A stretch of 64,000 nucleotides of DNA, taken from assembly GCA_044892525.1 (NCBI GenBank), contig CM097887.1:107362397-107426396 (forward strand). The letters run 5' to 3'. A program made the translations under genes and the position numbers. Origin of the DNA: Schmidtea polychroa. Taxonomy: Eukaryota. The notes beneath the pieces are model-generated. The model was not told the DNA's origin, did no database searches, and saw nothing but the letters and a program-made list of their open reading frames with translations. Shown here in pieces: positions 41,801 to 56,800 of this stretch (the stretch's first letter is position 1; the number at the start of each line of letters is the position of its first letter).

Positions 41801-44800
41801 NNNNNNNNNNNNNNNNNNNNNNNNNNNNNNNNNNNNNNNNNNNNNNNNNNNNNNNNNNNNNNNNNNNNNNNNNNNNNNNNNNNNNNNNNNNNNNNNNNNN
41901 NNNNNNNNNNNNNNNNNNNNNNNNNNNNNNNNNNNNNNNNNNNNNNNNNNNNNNNNNNNNNNNNNNNNNNNNNNNNNNNNNNTCGTCAGGTAAAATTGAA
42001 GTGAAGTTGGTCTATTTCGGTTCTTGCTTAGATTGTGTTCAGGTCTTGGTTTTGAATATATATGTCATGGGTGCAATGCCGCATACAATGGAATGGCTGC
42101 CCGTCATCTCCGTTCTCAAGTTCTGGATAACTGTCGACTGACGGAATTGATTTATATCAGCCAACACAATTTTGTGTTTAGGTTTACATTTTTGTATTTG
42201 GAATGTTATACTGTTTGCGTAAAGATTTTGAACAAGAAGTTATCTATGCAACGTTGGAAGGTTGTTTCTAATTCCTGTTTTTTTAACTTCGCGTTTATTA
42301 GTGGATTTCAAATCTTATTTAGATGGTGTTCGGATCTTGGTTATGAATATTTATGTCATGGGTGCAATGTCACATACATTGGAATGACTGTCCGTCATCT
42401 TCATTCTCAAGTTCCTGATCACTATCGGCTGAAGAAATTGATTAATATTAGTAAAAACAATTTTGTGAAAATTTTATTGAAATGTTGTTTGATTTCAACT
42501 TTTGTGAATTTTAAAAGTTTTAAAATTTTTATAATTTTTAAAGTTTGAATTGAAAAAACAGAATTTTATGAATATTTAACGAAATTATATTAAAAAAAAT
42601 TAATGAATTAGTTAATTAGTTTGTTTAAAAAAGGGCAATTTAGATTGATTTAGTTTGAATTTCAATTCTACCTGACGATGACAGTGATTCNNNNNNNNNN
42701 NNNNNNNNNNNNNNNNNNNNNNNNNNNNNNNNNNNNNNNNNNNNNNNNNNNNNNNNNNNNNNNNNNNNNNNNNNNNNNNNNNNNNNNNNNNNNNNNNNNN
42801 NNNNNNNNNNNNNNNNNNNNNNNNNCATTTATTATAACTTCGAAATAACTGACACTTACCAGCGAACACGTTATATAAAAAATACAAAATACCAGTACAA
42901 CTCTAATCCTTACTCGAACAAATAATAAATATATTAAAATAAAAATTCTCAATGCAATTTGTTTCTTAATTCTGGGTGCCCTCACTAGATCAAAATCATA
43001 TGAGTATCAAATGATTAAACAATTTTTGAATATTTTGATTCAATATTAGATGAATTATCATTCGGTTTAGTTGGAATACCTATTTGAATTACCTGGAAGA
43101 TTACGGAAAAGCATTGAAAATAAGCAGTATTTGGCTGCAGTAAGAAGCCACACTAAAGCTCAGTCTGTTCTGGATCGTTATCAGGATTTACCATCATTCG
43201 AAGGAATTCGAAAAGACTGTGATTCTATTATAAACGATTTACAGAAATTCCTCTGGACTAAATTCGATGATTTAGATGTAAGAAAATAAAATAAATATCA
43301 TATTGAAATAATAAGTTATCTTTAATTATTCATATACTTGATAAACATTAAAAGCTTAATGCTACAGTATAGGATATTTTGGGGATCTGATGTGGTAAAA
43401 TGGTTCTTCTGAATGTCTGCATTAACTTAAACATAGCTATCATTTAAAGTCATCATTTTGCAGTTTCAGACTTTTAAAGACATTCAGAAGAGACACTTTA
43501 TTGTTGATTAAGATTTTGAATGACTTGAAATTTGGCGAGCTATAAACTACATTTAAAGGACAATCATAATGGATATTATCCCTACGGTAGTTGGTTTCTG
43601 TAGCTAGACTTTGTAGCGTGATGCAAGCTCTTTCTGTGTTGAACTATTTTTCTTTTGGTTCCATCTTTGTTTCTCTTGATTATTGTTAATCGCTCATATA
43701 ACTATCTAAGTTATCTTTACCAATTTCAAATGTTTTGTGATTACTTTATTACCAGGTAGTCTAAATTTAGTTCCAAAATAATCTCAGCCGATGATGATAG
43801 TATTACTACGAACTCATGTCTTGTTTAAGGAGCGATTTAAAATAAACATTAAATTAAATTAATTAACTAATTTAATAAATTATATATTACTTAATTTAGC
43901 ATTTTATTAATATTATATGTAAATATTGATTGTAGATAATCTATTAACTATTTAAAAGTAAATATAATTATAATATAGATATGTAATTAAAAATAATTGA
44001 ATATTTCTAGGAATGAAAGTTTCTAATATTTTCTTATTCATTTTGTTGATGTAAAATAATTCTCGTTTTGAACTTAGAAAAGCTTTTTAAACTAATGGAT
44101 ACAATCATTACGTTGGCCAACCAGTAATATTATGTCTGCAATTATTAGAGTGAGATCGGAGTAAATTTTGAAATATATGAGTTATCTTTCATTTTTTTCT
44201 CCTATGAACGATGACCTTGCAAAAATTGTTAAACAAGGTTAAGTCAAATTGTAATCTCAGGCCACTGATTATAATTTCAGATACGACGTTTCTAAAAATC
44301 CATTCTCTTTCAAATATTTTGACCAAGCAGTGGCAGAACTTCAAAATTTGCCCCCCCCGCGCAGTGTAAAATATTTCCACTTAAATTATTCGGTTAAAGT
44401 TATTCACAGCAGCCGCTATTCAATGATAGTTTTATGTTTGTAGGCAAATATAACTGCGGGAAAAAAGTTTCAGAAAATGATTGTAAATATTTTTTTAGTA
44501 ATAATTTTGGGCCCCCACAACGCAGGGTCCTGCGTCCACTAGTTACGCCACTGTGACAAAGATATCCACTCACAAGGTTGATCTATAAATCATTGTGAAG
44601 ATAAATCCCTTATTATTTACTGGAATCAATGTGAGTGATTTTGAATCGTTCGGTGTATGTAATTTTTCCGAAAGGGACTAAGTATTGACGACTTATCTAT
44701 GGTTATTGACATTTTAGCAAATGACTGTTTAAACATATCTTGATGCGAATAGACTCACCATTCGTTTGTAACTTGAGTATGAGAGATTTTGCAGTAATCA

Positions 44801-47800
44801 TGTGATTTTTTTCAAAGTTTGTATACCACCATTATCATACGATGAGTTTTCATATATTATTAACGAAAATTGCAATAAAAGAATATACTTTTAAAAAAAT
44901 GTCACCCGCCGAACTAATTTTATAAAATTACTTATTATTACGCAATAACCAAAAGAAGATTTGTAATTCTAATGTCATCTTATTGTCTAAATTATTGGTC
45001 TTCAAACTGTTCCGCGGAACCCTAGGGTTCCATGAAATCCCACAAGGGTTCCAAAAATAAATCAATAATTTAAAAGAAATTGATTCATTTCTCACCAAAA
45101 AACATCAATAATAAATTTATCATTTCTCATAAAAAAACTTAAATAAAATCTATATCGTAACGCATCATTTCACATAAGGGGTTCCGCGAGCTTTTGAAGT
45201 TTTAAGACCATTGGTCTAAATCATTACTGTATCTTAAATTTTATTTTTTATTTAAGAAATCTAAAATTTAATTTTTTTTAATAATAATTTATAAATTTAG
45301 TAATTACTTTTTGCTGTTAATCGCTCATATAACTATCTAAGTTATCTTTACCAATTTCAAATGTTTTGTGATTACTTTATTACCAGGTAGTCTAAATGAT
45401 TATTACTAAATCACTAAATTTAAGATTATTTTATCATTTAATATAAATAAAGGTAAAGGGATGTGCAGTCTTTGAAATTCTTGATCTGTTAATATTTTGA
45501 GTTAAACTTATTAGAAATATTTTTGTATTCTGTAAATTCCAAATGATATTTTCATATTCACCTAAAAAACTGTTAATTTTCGAAGCCTTATAAAATAATC
45601 TTGCGCGAATTCTGAAGTTATGACATCAGTGATTTGACGATTTGTACAGTCAACTTTTTAATCATAGTTTGAGAGGAAGTCTGATCCAACAATTGGCCCG
45701 TTTGTTTGATACTGCAAATATCCATCTATACCCATCTATCTCTTTCTACATTATTTTCAATAATAGAGTTCTTAGTACAGACTAGTGTTCGATTTCTAAC
45801 CAAGAAAAGATTCGTTTCAAACATTTGTAACGGTAAGACATGCATTGGCACCCGAATCGACGAGAAAGTCGACAATGCTCTTGGTCTCTGTTATGAGTAT
45901 ATGCTTTGATAACAATTATACAGTAAAATCTTTTTTTAAATAATTAAAAATTTTTTTTGGAATTCATGTTAAATCAAAAATAACGTGTAAAAAAATTTCA
46001 AAATCGTGTAAAAAACACCGTGTAAAAAAGATTTTACTGTATAATATAAAATATGATGGGTACTTCATGTAGGTTTGTTGTGTAAAATATTGATTATTCC
46101 GCGTAGGTAGAATATGTATTAAAAAGGCTGTTGAGCTTAACCGAGTCTCATTTAAGAAATTGTATCGGGAAAGCTGGGGTACGTGTTTTTCTATTGAGTT
46201 AAGTGTATGCTTTTAATACAGATTTATAAAAATAAACAATAATAACAAGTTTCACAAATTTATCGTATAAATATTACTATAGCGAATTGATGTACATAAG
46301 AGTCTAAAAAGGTAATGAATCAGATAATAGTTATGACATTACAGTCACATTTGCTGAAATTCTGAATGCCTGATTTTGTTTCGGATTATAGGCTGAAGTA
46401 ATTTCAAAGGTTCCAGTCACCGAATTCATTGGAATTTGTGGGTTTCCTTGTTTCTAAATTCTTAGTTCCCAAGAACCCAAGAAGGCTGATATTTTTTTGG
46501 TTTCAATCAAAATTTTCTCTAATAATAGCATAGTTGGGTCTGTATTTTTGTAGCTGATTGTTTTATTTTGTGCTAATATCTTGTCTTTGATATAGTTTAT
46601 TTCTCTGGAAAATGTTTCATTTTGATTTGTTTCGGTTAAATTGAGCATCTTGTCTGGTATTCTTGGTAGCTTTTAAAAGCCCCTTTGAGGTTGAAGAATC
46701 AATACTTTCTGAAAATTTTCAGACAGTATTCTTAAAAATACATTCTTTAATAAAACTGAAGATACAGTTCCAATGTCAAATATAAAGATTCCATTACAAT
46801 TTTTGTCTAAATCATCATCACAGAGTATCGAAATTGAATCAATTTTAATATAGTTTTTGAAAAGTTGAAAGCAGTTTCCATTTGTTTGAACCATATTGGC
46901 AAGTGCTGTTATATTGTAGTATTCGGTAGAATATAATGGATTTTCGATTCTTTAAACTTTGACTGAACAATCTGAGTTATTTCTGATAATAATGTTAGAA
47001 TAATTAATTTCCTTATTTAATGACATGCTTTTTAAAAGTTTTATTTTTATNNNNNNNNNNNNNNNNNNNNNNNNNNNNNNNNNNNNNNNNNNNNNNNNNN
47101 NNNNNNNNNNNNNNNNNNNNNNNNNNNNNNNNNNNNNNNNNNNNNNNNNNNNNNNNNNNNNNNNNNNNNNNNNNNNNNNNNNNNNNNNNNNNNTTTTAAG
47201 CTTTTCGATGCAAATAATGTATTTAATGAAAAAATTTTCGACTATAAGATAGTCCTTGTCAATCTCCTCTAGATTGACAAGGACTATCTTATAGTCGAAA
47301 CTTTTTTCATTAAATACATTATTTGCAGCAAAAGGCTTAAATTATCACTTTATTGTCTTAAATAATAAATGCTNNNNNNNNNNNNNNNNNNNNNNNNNNN
47401 NNNNNNNNNNNNNNNNNNNNNNNNNNNNNNNNNNNNNNNNNNNNNNNNNNNNNNNNNNNNNNNNNNNNNNNNNNNNNNNNNNNNNNNNNNNNNNNNNNNN
47501 NNNAATGATTATTTTTATAATCGAAAATTATTTCATTTTATTAAATATACTTCGCGACAAAATCTTATATTATAATTTACTTGTAAAATGGCTGTACCGA
47601 AAATTCGTGAATATCCAAAAAACATCGATATCTTTACTGATTCATATTCAAAAAATTTCTAATAAATCTAGAGGTGAAAATTGAAAAGTTATAATAATAA
47701 TAATATATGCTTTGAATTTTAGATTTTATGTGTAAGATTTCCAATTCAATGTTAAATTTTTTGTCATTACAAAATTTAGATGTTGTATAAATATTTTTGT

Positions 47801-50800
47801 ATAAATACTTAATAATTTTTCATCTTTACATAACCTCTTTTTAGATCGAGATTCAAGAGCTATCTTCAGTGGTGATAATTTTAACACTGCTCAAAGAATC
47901 ACCATTCGAATTAGCCAATAAATTTCTAATACAGTAATTTTTGTCAATTCAATTTTTGAATATCATCAATAATTTTTGAGATAAATGCAACATCTTTGTC
48001 TCCTGATATAGATTTATGAAAATGGTATGACATAAAATGAATCACTTTCTTATAGAATTAATCTTCACAAATGTATAAATAATTAATCAAAAAAGCTATT
48101 TATATGAAGTATTGTCACAACTAGTCTAGAATCTAGATAAAATAAAACTTATTCTAACCTATTATTCAAAATCAGCGTAGTATAGAATGTGTCTAATATT
48201 ATACAGCACGAATTTTGATGATTTTTTACTTACCATGAACTAAAAATATCTAGATTTGGTTTGTACATACTGTATGGTTAATGCCGGATCTAGTGTTTAA
48301 CTTTTCATGTAATGGATGCAATGCCATATACATTGGAGACACTTCCCGTCATTTCCGAACGCGGGTTCAGGAACATAGGCGATTGAAAGGTCAATTATAT
48401 TGAGCATAGAGAAGTGAGTAAATGGGTAACTTACTTAAAAGAATTTAAAATTTTATGTGAGGCATTGGCGATTAAATATGTATTAATAATAACATTCAAT
48501 CAGCAAAAAATTTATTTAGATTATTTAATTACTTCTCTAAATAGCTATTATATATTATTGTTTCAGTATAATTGTTGACATAGATTATAATAGCAGAATG
48601 ATGATGAGGATAATTTCCTTGAAATATATCGTTTGTTTGAAGTTCTAGTATTTTTAATAGATATTTATTTAAATTTTAGATTACATTCAGTATTATACCA
48701 AACCACTAATAAAGATTTTAATTTACTTTACATCTTAGCTTTTACGATAAATGAATCAATTTTATTGACAAATAAATTCTTGGTGTAAAATATTCTTAAA
48801 ATGCAATGGTAATTTTTTAATATAAATTAAAATTAAGTTTTAAAATAAACATGTAAGTTCATAATTAATTAACACTCTTATCCTTGTTTAATGGATCAAT
48901 AATAGTGAGAATGAGTGCCAACCAAAAACAAGAAGAGATGTGATTGAGTGACTGTTTATTCTGCCTCTCTATGCTATACTTGGACTAGTCATTGTTTCAT
49001 TAACTCTTATTATAATGTTTGGGTATTGTAAGTTTATGTGTATAATGGTTTGTACCTTTATTGTTTAAATGTGTGGAGAATTTTGTAGAACCCGAGGGAG
49101 TCACCAATAAAAAGTGTCGGGACTATCGGGATGCTTGTATGAACAATAGTTGAAGAGATACAGGAAAATAATAATGATAATAAAATAACAAAACTAACGA
49201 TCAACTAAAAATTGCAAATTTATTAAATAATAAATAAATAGTACTTTTGAACTGTTAATCTTAGTGTATACTATACTGATGTTTACCCGAACAATTGTCA
49301 GAGAGAAGCAGCATGAACTACAGGTTTATCTATAATCGTAAGGATCTAGGATTAGGATTTAAAATTTCTTATGATCTTGATTCGTTTTATGATAAAAATA
49401 CTTTTCGATTTATATTTAAGATTGGATTTTTCTTAATTAGAATTTAGATTTTCTAATTTATATTAAAATCTGAATCTATTATATTAAAGCTTGGGTCTTC
49501 TAGTTTATATTAAAATCTGAATCTTTTTATCGAAACTTGAATCTTCTAATTTATATTAAATTCTGAATTTTCTGAATTAGGACTTGAATCTTCTTATTTA
49601 AATGCTGATACCTTGGATTCACAAATTTAGGATTTATCTTAATTTTTTTATTAATTTTTTTTCGATTTTTTGTTTTTGTAATTTCTCTATAGTAAATTAT
49701 TACTAATGAGAAATATTCTATATAGTTCGTAAAAGTTATGTTTCGAATAAACATCATAATCACAATTCGTAATTACATTTAAAAAACTACATTCAACAAA
49801 TAAACTCTACACTATAACTCTACATAGTAAACACGATGACAAAATCACTTGAAACAACAATTATTGCGAGAAGCACTATAGTAGCACTACATTCTAAAGA
49901 TATATCTCTTAATGAGCAATCATGCACATCTATTCCAAACATCTTCATAATAGAGTGGCAGATAATTTGCCGCAATGTGGACAAAGCAGAGCCACTACCA
50001 TACTCTAACTGCTAAGGGAATTTCTGCATCTACAAAACGATACAATTTTGCTGAAAGAGCTGAATATCATTAAAGTTAATGATTTCTGCAGTCAATAATC
50101 ATAACCGTCTATACTGGGTTAGATTGTACAGCTATTAGACATCAGAACATTGGAATCAAATTATTTTCTTAGATGATGTCCCTATCTCACACATCCGGAT
50201 ATCTCAACAGCGGTATTAACGTTACCACCCAAGTAAAGAATATTCACTAGACATGACCGGAACAATGATCAAAATATTTAAACGGTTTATTATATGAAAT
50301 CCAAGGCAGTCTCAATATGCATGCCTACATCCAAATGCTGGGGCACAATTTAAATATGGCACACATGCAGGAAAACAACCTAATTTACCAAAAAGACAAT
50401 ACTCCCATTCATAAAGCACGCTACAACGTTAATTGGTTTCAGGAGCACAAAGGAGCACACTTTGGCCGTCACAATCACTAGATTGTAATCCATCGAAAAG
50501 GCTTGGTCGCAATTGAAACATGCACTGGACAAGGAGAGAATGACATCGAAGGCAATGATGCGACAGAGGATTCAACAGTTATGGACAAGTATTGGTGCTG
50601 GGTACTTGGAGTTTTTGGTGGAGTCCATGCTTAGATGTATCAGTGCCTATATTAAAAGTCATTATTTCCACAAAATATTGACTTTGTTTTGGATTTTAGA
50701 ACATTTTTTGTTTGTTGGACTAGCATATAGCACTATATCAAGATTGTACATTGGTTTCTTTGACTTTCTATGAATAGGGCATTAATTATACACAGACCTG

Positions 50801-53800
50801 TATTTAGGCAGCTCAGCTGTTACCACTAGGCACTACAATGTAGCATGGACTGTCCCGAAAAAAAACAACTTTTCTCGAATATCAGCCTTTCTCGATTTAC
50901 AATCGTAAGACGAATTGATGATATTGCAAAAAACATTGAAACAATCTTTCTTCCAAAACTAACTGGAATAACGACAGACGGAGCTCCGGCAATGGTTGGA
51001 ATAAAAAATGGAGTAGTTGGTTTATTGAAGGCGGAGCTTGTTAAAATAAAAGGAAGTGAGCAATTAATTGCATCACATTACATAATCCACCAAGAGAATT
51101 TATGTGTAAAAGAACTAAAGATGGACCATGTGATGACAGTTGTTGTGAAAACCGTGAATTTCATAAGATCACGTGGATTGAATCATCGACAATTCAAAGA
51201 GTTTCTCACTAGCATTGAGACAGAATACTCGGATGTAATTTACTTTAGCGAAGTTCGTTGGCTGAGCAGAGGAAAAGTATTGCATCGCTTTTATTGCCTT
51301 CGTGAAGAAATTAAACTTTTTATGGAGATGAAGTCAAAACCAATTCCGGAGTTATCCGATGCAAATTGGCTACTTGACTTGGCCTTTTTGGTTGACATCA
51401 CAACGCATCTGAATGATCTAAACACGAAGTTACAAGGCCGGGATCAACTGATAAATAATCTTTACGATCATATCAAAGGATTTCAGACAAAGCTGAAACT
51501 ATGGGAGAATCAATTATCAAAGGACATTACGGTGCATTTTCCAAATTTAACTGATTGCAAAAATGATGCAAATTTAGCTAACACGAAGAAATTTAATGAA
51601 CACATAATTGCATTGAAAACACAGTTTTCTTCAAGATTTGCTGATTTTGCCGAACATGAAAATGATTTCAAACTATTTTCTGAACCATTCAGTGTTAATG
51701 TTGAGACAGCACCAGAATCAATGCAAATGGAGCTCATTGAATTGCAGTGTAATGGCGATCTGGAAAGAAAGTTTCGTGACGTCTCTTTGATTCAATTCTA
51801 CAAACTCTACATTTCTCAGAAAGCGTTTCCATCAATCCGATATCATGCGCTGAAAATGGTCTCACTTTTCCCCAGCACTTACATCTGTGAACAATTCTTT
51901 TCTAAAATGAAACAAACAAAGTGCAAAAACAGATGTCGGCTCACTGATGATAAATTGTCAAACGAATTACGAGTAGCAACATCAACTATCAAGGCAAATA
52001 TTTCAGATTTATGTCGTGATAAGAAGTGTCAAATGTCACACAGACCAAAACCAGAACAAGATTGATATTGATATGTTGGGTATATTTGAGTAGTATATGC
52101 AAACTTGAGAAGCATAAAAAATATAAATTCGAACAATCCAGAGTTTGTGCGAGTAAATAAACTATAAATATGGGATTATTAAAGTTAAATTTGGGTATTT
52201 TCATAGTTTGTATATTTTGCCTTCCAATAACAACTAGTATATAGTATATAATATATAATATATGCCTAATCATGTAAATTTAAATGATAAATAAAAAAGA
52301 TATATTATTGGAATATATATTAATAAATTTGTGCTAAATACATCCGGCCCCCGAAACATTTTCAAAGACTGAACTGGCCCCTAACAAAAACAAGTTGCCT
52401 GCACTACATAATTTCAATGCAAACGTTTATACTTATAGGTTTATTAGCAATTACATAACCCAATAAAATTTATTAATCTCAATTAAGTAAATTGAAACAC
52501 TCAAAATACATGCGGTTATTACATTTTGAATGTTAATTTTTGAGTTGAATGATTTTATCTTCAAGGCCTAACAAGTAATATGTTCCCAATAGTTTTTGAA
52601 ACCCTTAGATAACATTTTAAAATTTAAGATCTCTATTTTTAACTTGTTTAATTTTTTGCGGATTGTGGCTGAGCACTATGTTGATTATTCACAATAAACA
52701 TCCCGTTAATTGTAACGTCAGGTTTCAGCATTTTAAAATGGGTGATTTCTTTAATATCACCAAAGGAATATAACTTTTCCCTTTCTGAATATTTAATTCC
52801 GCTATTGATATGGATTGCCACGGGGAAAGCTACTATATTTTAAATTACCATGAACAATGCGATGCAAAAATATTGGTTATACAACATTAAAATAAAGGAA
52901 TTGGATATTGCAAATCTCTTCACTAAGCTCGTCACAAATTTTTGGCTTTAAATTGATCATTAAATATCATCATTACATATTGCACACGATTTATTAATCT
53001 CATTTGTTTAGCTGTTCTAAAGTTCTTGAAAAAGCTTTCAAATCTCTCCAAGATCAATTACAACTTAACGATGACGAAGAAATTAACAATCCATTCATTC
53101 CGGTACTTTATTAAATTGATATTACATTAATTTTCTCATTATACATAAAATATGTGCAGTGATTGCGCGATTGAAATATTAAATAGTTTCATTGTATTAG
53201 TAATGTCTTAAATAGTAAATTAATAAAAGCTTTGTTTGTACATAAATATTAATTAATCAAATTAATTAATTAAGTAGTAATTAATTAAATTGTACATAAA
53301 TTTTACTCATAATTTTTGTATTCATTAATAATTTATGAATACACAAAAACCGACGCTCTAGGTTCATGCAAAAAAAAGAACAATTTTTAGATTCATAATG
53401 ATAATCATAATATATAGTATTATGTATCGTATTATGTTATATTAGTGTTATATATAGACTGTATTATATTTGTGTTGATTAGTGCGTGTGTCTGTTAGGA
53501 AACTTGATGAACCCGACAGAGTCTCCGTTAAAAATTGTGGCGGGACAATCGGGGTGCGTGTGTATCTGTGTGCTTACGAAACACAAATAAAAATGAATAA
53601 TAACCAAACAATACAATTATTGAACGTTTTATTAACTAATAAAATTTATTGGACCTTTAAATTTTCCTCGTTTGTTTGTTGGGGTTTACGAATGGTTTTA
53701 TTGATAGTTGATCTTGGATATCTCTTTATGTTCTTGTTAAGTTCGAATCGGAATAAATGAATACAGTAAGTTAGTTTTGGAGATATCTTTATAGTAATGT

Positions 53801-56800
53801 GGGGATTGAATAGGATTAAATGAATATCGAAAGTTGTTTTTGGATATCTCTTTATATTCTTGTTAAGCTCGGATAGGAATAAAAGAATATCGGAAGTTGA
53901 TTTTGGATATCTCTTTATATTCTTGTAAGGCTCGGATAAGAATAAAAGAATATCGGAAGTTGATTTTGGAGATTTCTTTAAATTGTTTATTAATTTTTTT
54001 TCGATTTTTTTATTTTTGTCGATATTTGTATAGCGATAATTTACCATAGTAAATTATCGCTATATAGTATTTTTTATTCATTTGCCATTGCGGCCTACCC
54101 TCAATAATTTAACAAGGCGTCGCAAAACCTTGTTTAAAAATAAATAAAATGTATAACTGTGCATTACATATATATGTAACACATGTCGGGATTTCTCTAT
54201 TCATTAATAATAATCACAGAAAAATTCGTCCCAAAAACGATATTTTTGAAACTTTTAAATCACACAATTTTGCCTATTCAGAAAAGATGCATAAACATCA
54301 GAATCTGATCATAAATATTAGGAAGCATTTTGAAAATTTTGAGGCTTTAATTTATCAATAATAATATATGAGCTAATCAAATTGAAGATATTATAAACTA
54401 AAAAAAACAATTTTTTTAATTTGAATTTTAAATGATTCCAAAGTTCTAATGCAATAAATAAATCGAGTTTCTGATGATTAAGATTAATATAATAATTTCA
54501 TGGAATGTATGCTCATAGTTATGATGTCCTCAACTTCTAAATTCATAAAATAAATCAATAATAATTCAATAAAATATATTTTTCAAAAACACACTAAAAC
54601 GAATATTTTTCAAACAAAACTTTACATAACTCTCCCCTTCTTTAAGGAACTGCCCATCTCTTAAGCCATTCAATTCGTCTGAGTTTCTTTGTCGTCCCGT
54701 CACTCAATTCCACCTGGTGTTCTGATAAAAACTTTGATATGACAAACGGACCTTCATACTGTAGTCCATCTTTGTCGCGATTTTGTGGTTCTTTCCGAAC
54801 TAATACTTTCTCCCCCACCGTGAAACATCGATTCGTTCTCTTCTCTGTTTCCATCTCTTTCATTCGTTTAGCTGCTTTCTCACTGTTCTCTCTTACCAAT
54901 CTATGTATCTCAACTGTATCCAATGTCGTCTGAGGCAATGTTGAATGAAGGTTAATCTTCCTCCCAAAAACAATTTCAAATGGAGAAAATCCCGTCGCGC
55001 TCTGTTGTGTCACGTTGATACAAAATTCTACTTGAGGAAGTAACTCCGCCCAATTTCTCTCTCCTAGTCCACCTGCTAATGATGTCGCCAGCAAGTCTCT
55101 GACTGTCCGTATTGTTCTCTCAACTAAACCGTTAGATTGATGCTGATATGGTGAACTGAACTGTTGCGTAATACCCAGTCTTCCTAGATTTGTTTTCATA
55201 AAACCACTATCGAAGTTCTTCCCTCTGTCTGACAGACAATTTCGCGGTTTTCCGAAACGGTATATCCACTTCTCCAATATGGCTTTGAAAATCGATCTCT
55301 CGTCTTGTCTCTCCAGTGCGGTCAGACTGACCATTTTGCTAAAACGATCAATGATAACTAGCATATACTTGTACACTCCACCATTCTTCATGTGTGCTAT
55401 ATCAATGACCAACTGTTCTAAAAATTCTGAACTTATTATCGGCAACAATCGTTCCTTTGTTTTCTCCTGCACTATTTTCCTTCTGCAGCATATCTCACAT
55501 ACTCTCAAACAGTTTTGTATAGTTTCTTGCATGTTTGGCCAAAAAAATATGTTGCTCATATAGCTAATTAATTTCTTTACTCCAATGTGACACATTTCAG
55601 TATGTATTCCTTTAACTAACGTATTTGAGTAGTCTATCGGCACCAGGATGACATCTTTACCATTCTTCTCTAATAATAAAAACCCATCTTCTAATTTTAT
55701 GTTGTTATGCAAATTGAAAGGAAATTTCTTTTTATTCAAGTCATCTTTTTTCTCTTCTCCCTGTAACACTCTTGTCATGTGAATGAAATCTACACCATCT
55801 TGTTGCTTTTCTAAGAGTATTGTCATTGACTCAGTCTTCTGTAATGAGCTGATATGTCTTACTCTGGCTTTTTCTTCTTTTGCGTCTTCATGTCTAGTCT
55901 GGCATTGTGCACATAGCATCCCTTTAATCCTTGATATTCCGTCCGCATTTCCATGTTCCTCTCCTTTCCTATATTGAAGATCGAAATCATATCCGGAAAG
56001 GTTGGCTAGCCAGGTTTGAAATTGCGGGCTTATCGGTTTTTTTGTGTATCTCATGAAAACCAACGCCTTGTGATCCGTTCGTACTACAAATGACTTTCCG
56101 TATAGATATTGTTTAAAATACATTACATATTCGTGTATAGCAAGTAACTCCTTCCTAGTCACACAATAACCTTTTTCATGTGCGGTCAAGTGTCTCGACC
56201 CATATGCAATTACTACTTCAGTACCATCTTCTTTAGCTTGACATAAAACTGCTCCGATGGCCCCAAAACTAGCGTCTGTATCCAGAATAAAGTTTCTATC
56301 CATTCTTGGGTAATCTAGAATTGGAGCTTCACACAACTTTGTTTTAAGTAATTCAAAGCTATTGTTGCAATCTTCTGACCAATTAATCTTTTTCTCACAG
56401 CCGGACGTAGCTGCATGTAGAGGTTCCGCAATTTTCGCATAGTCTTTTATAAACTTCCTATAGTAATTGATCATACCTAAAAAGGATCTTAATTGTTTGG
56501 CGCATACTGGTATTTCTGCATCTTGAATCTCTTTAATCTTCTTGTCGTTCGTTTTTATCCCACTTGCACTTACAGTGTGCCCTAGGAATGTCAATTCTTC
56601 TTTATACAGATTACATTTTTCTGGGTTAATTCTCAACCCCGCTAGTTGAATTCTTCTGAATACTTCCTCTAATCGGTTATTGTGTTCCTCTATGTCTTTT
56701 CCATAGACAAGAATGTCGTCGAGGTAGACAACAACACCCTTAAATAATATTCCATCCAACATTAAGTGCATCATTCTTTGAAACGTCGCAGGGGCTGTTG

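Larger units (their letters stand above)
43684..45397. repeat. 83-bp dispersed direct repeat (43684-43766 and 45315-45397)
   Basis: tgttaatcgctcatataactatctaag...accaggtagtctaaat occurs twice. Confidence 0.85.

Noticed and set aside
43340-43560. Possible non-LTR retrotransposon fragment on the minus strand
   Set aside because: Too short and degenerate to call by eye.
46260-46950. Minus-strand ORF fragments 46454-46648 and 46673-46894
   Set aside because: Probably a decayed TE ORF, but no diagnostic motif to assign it.
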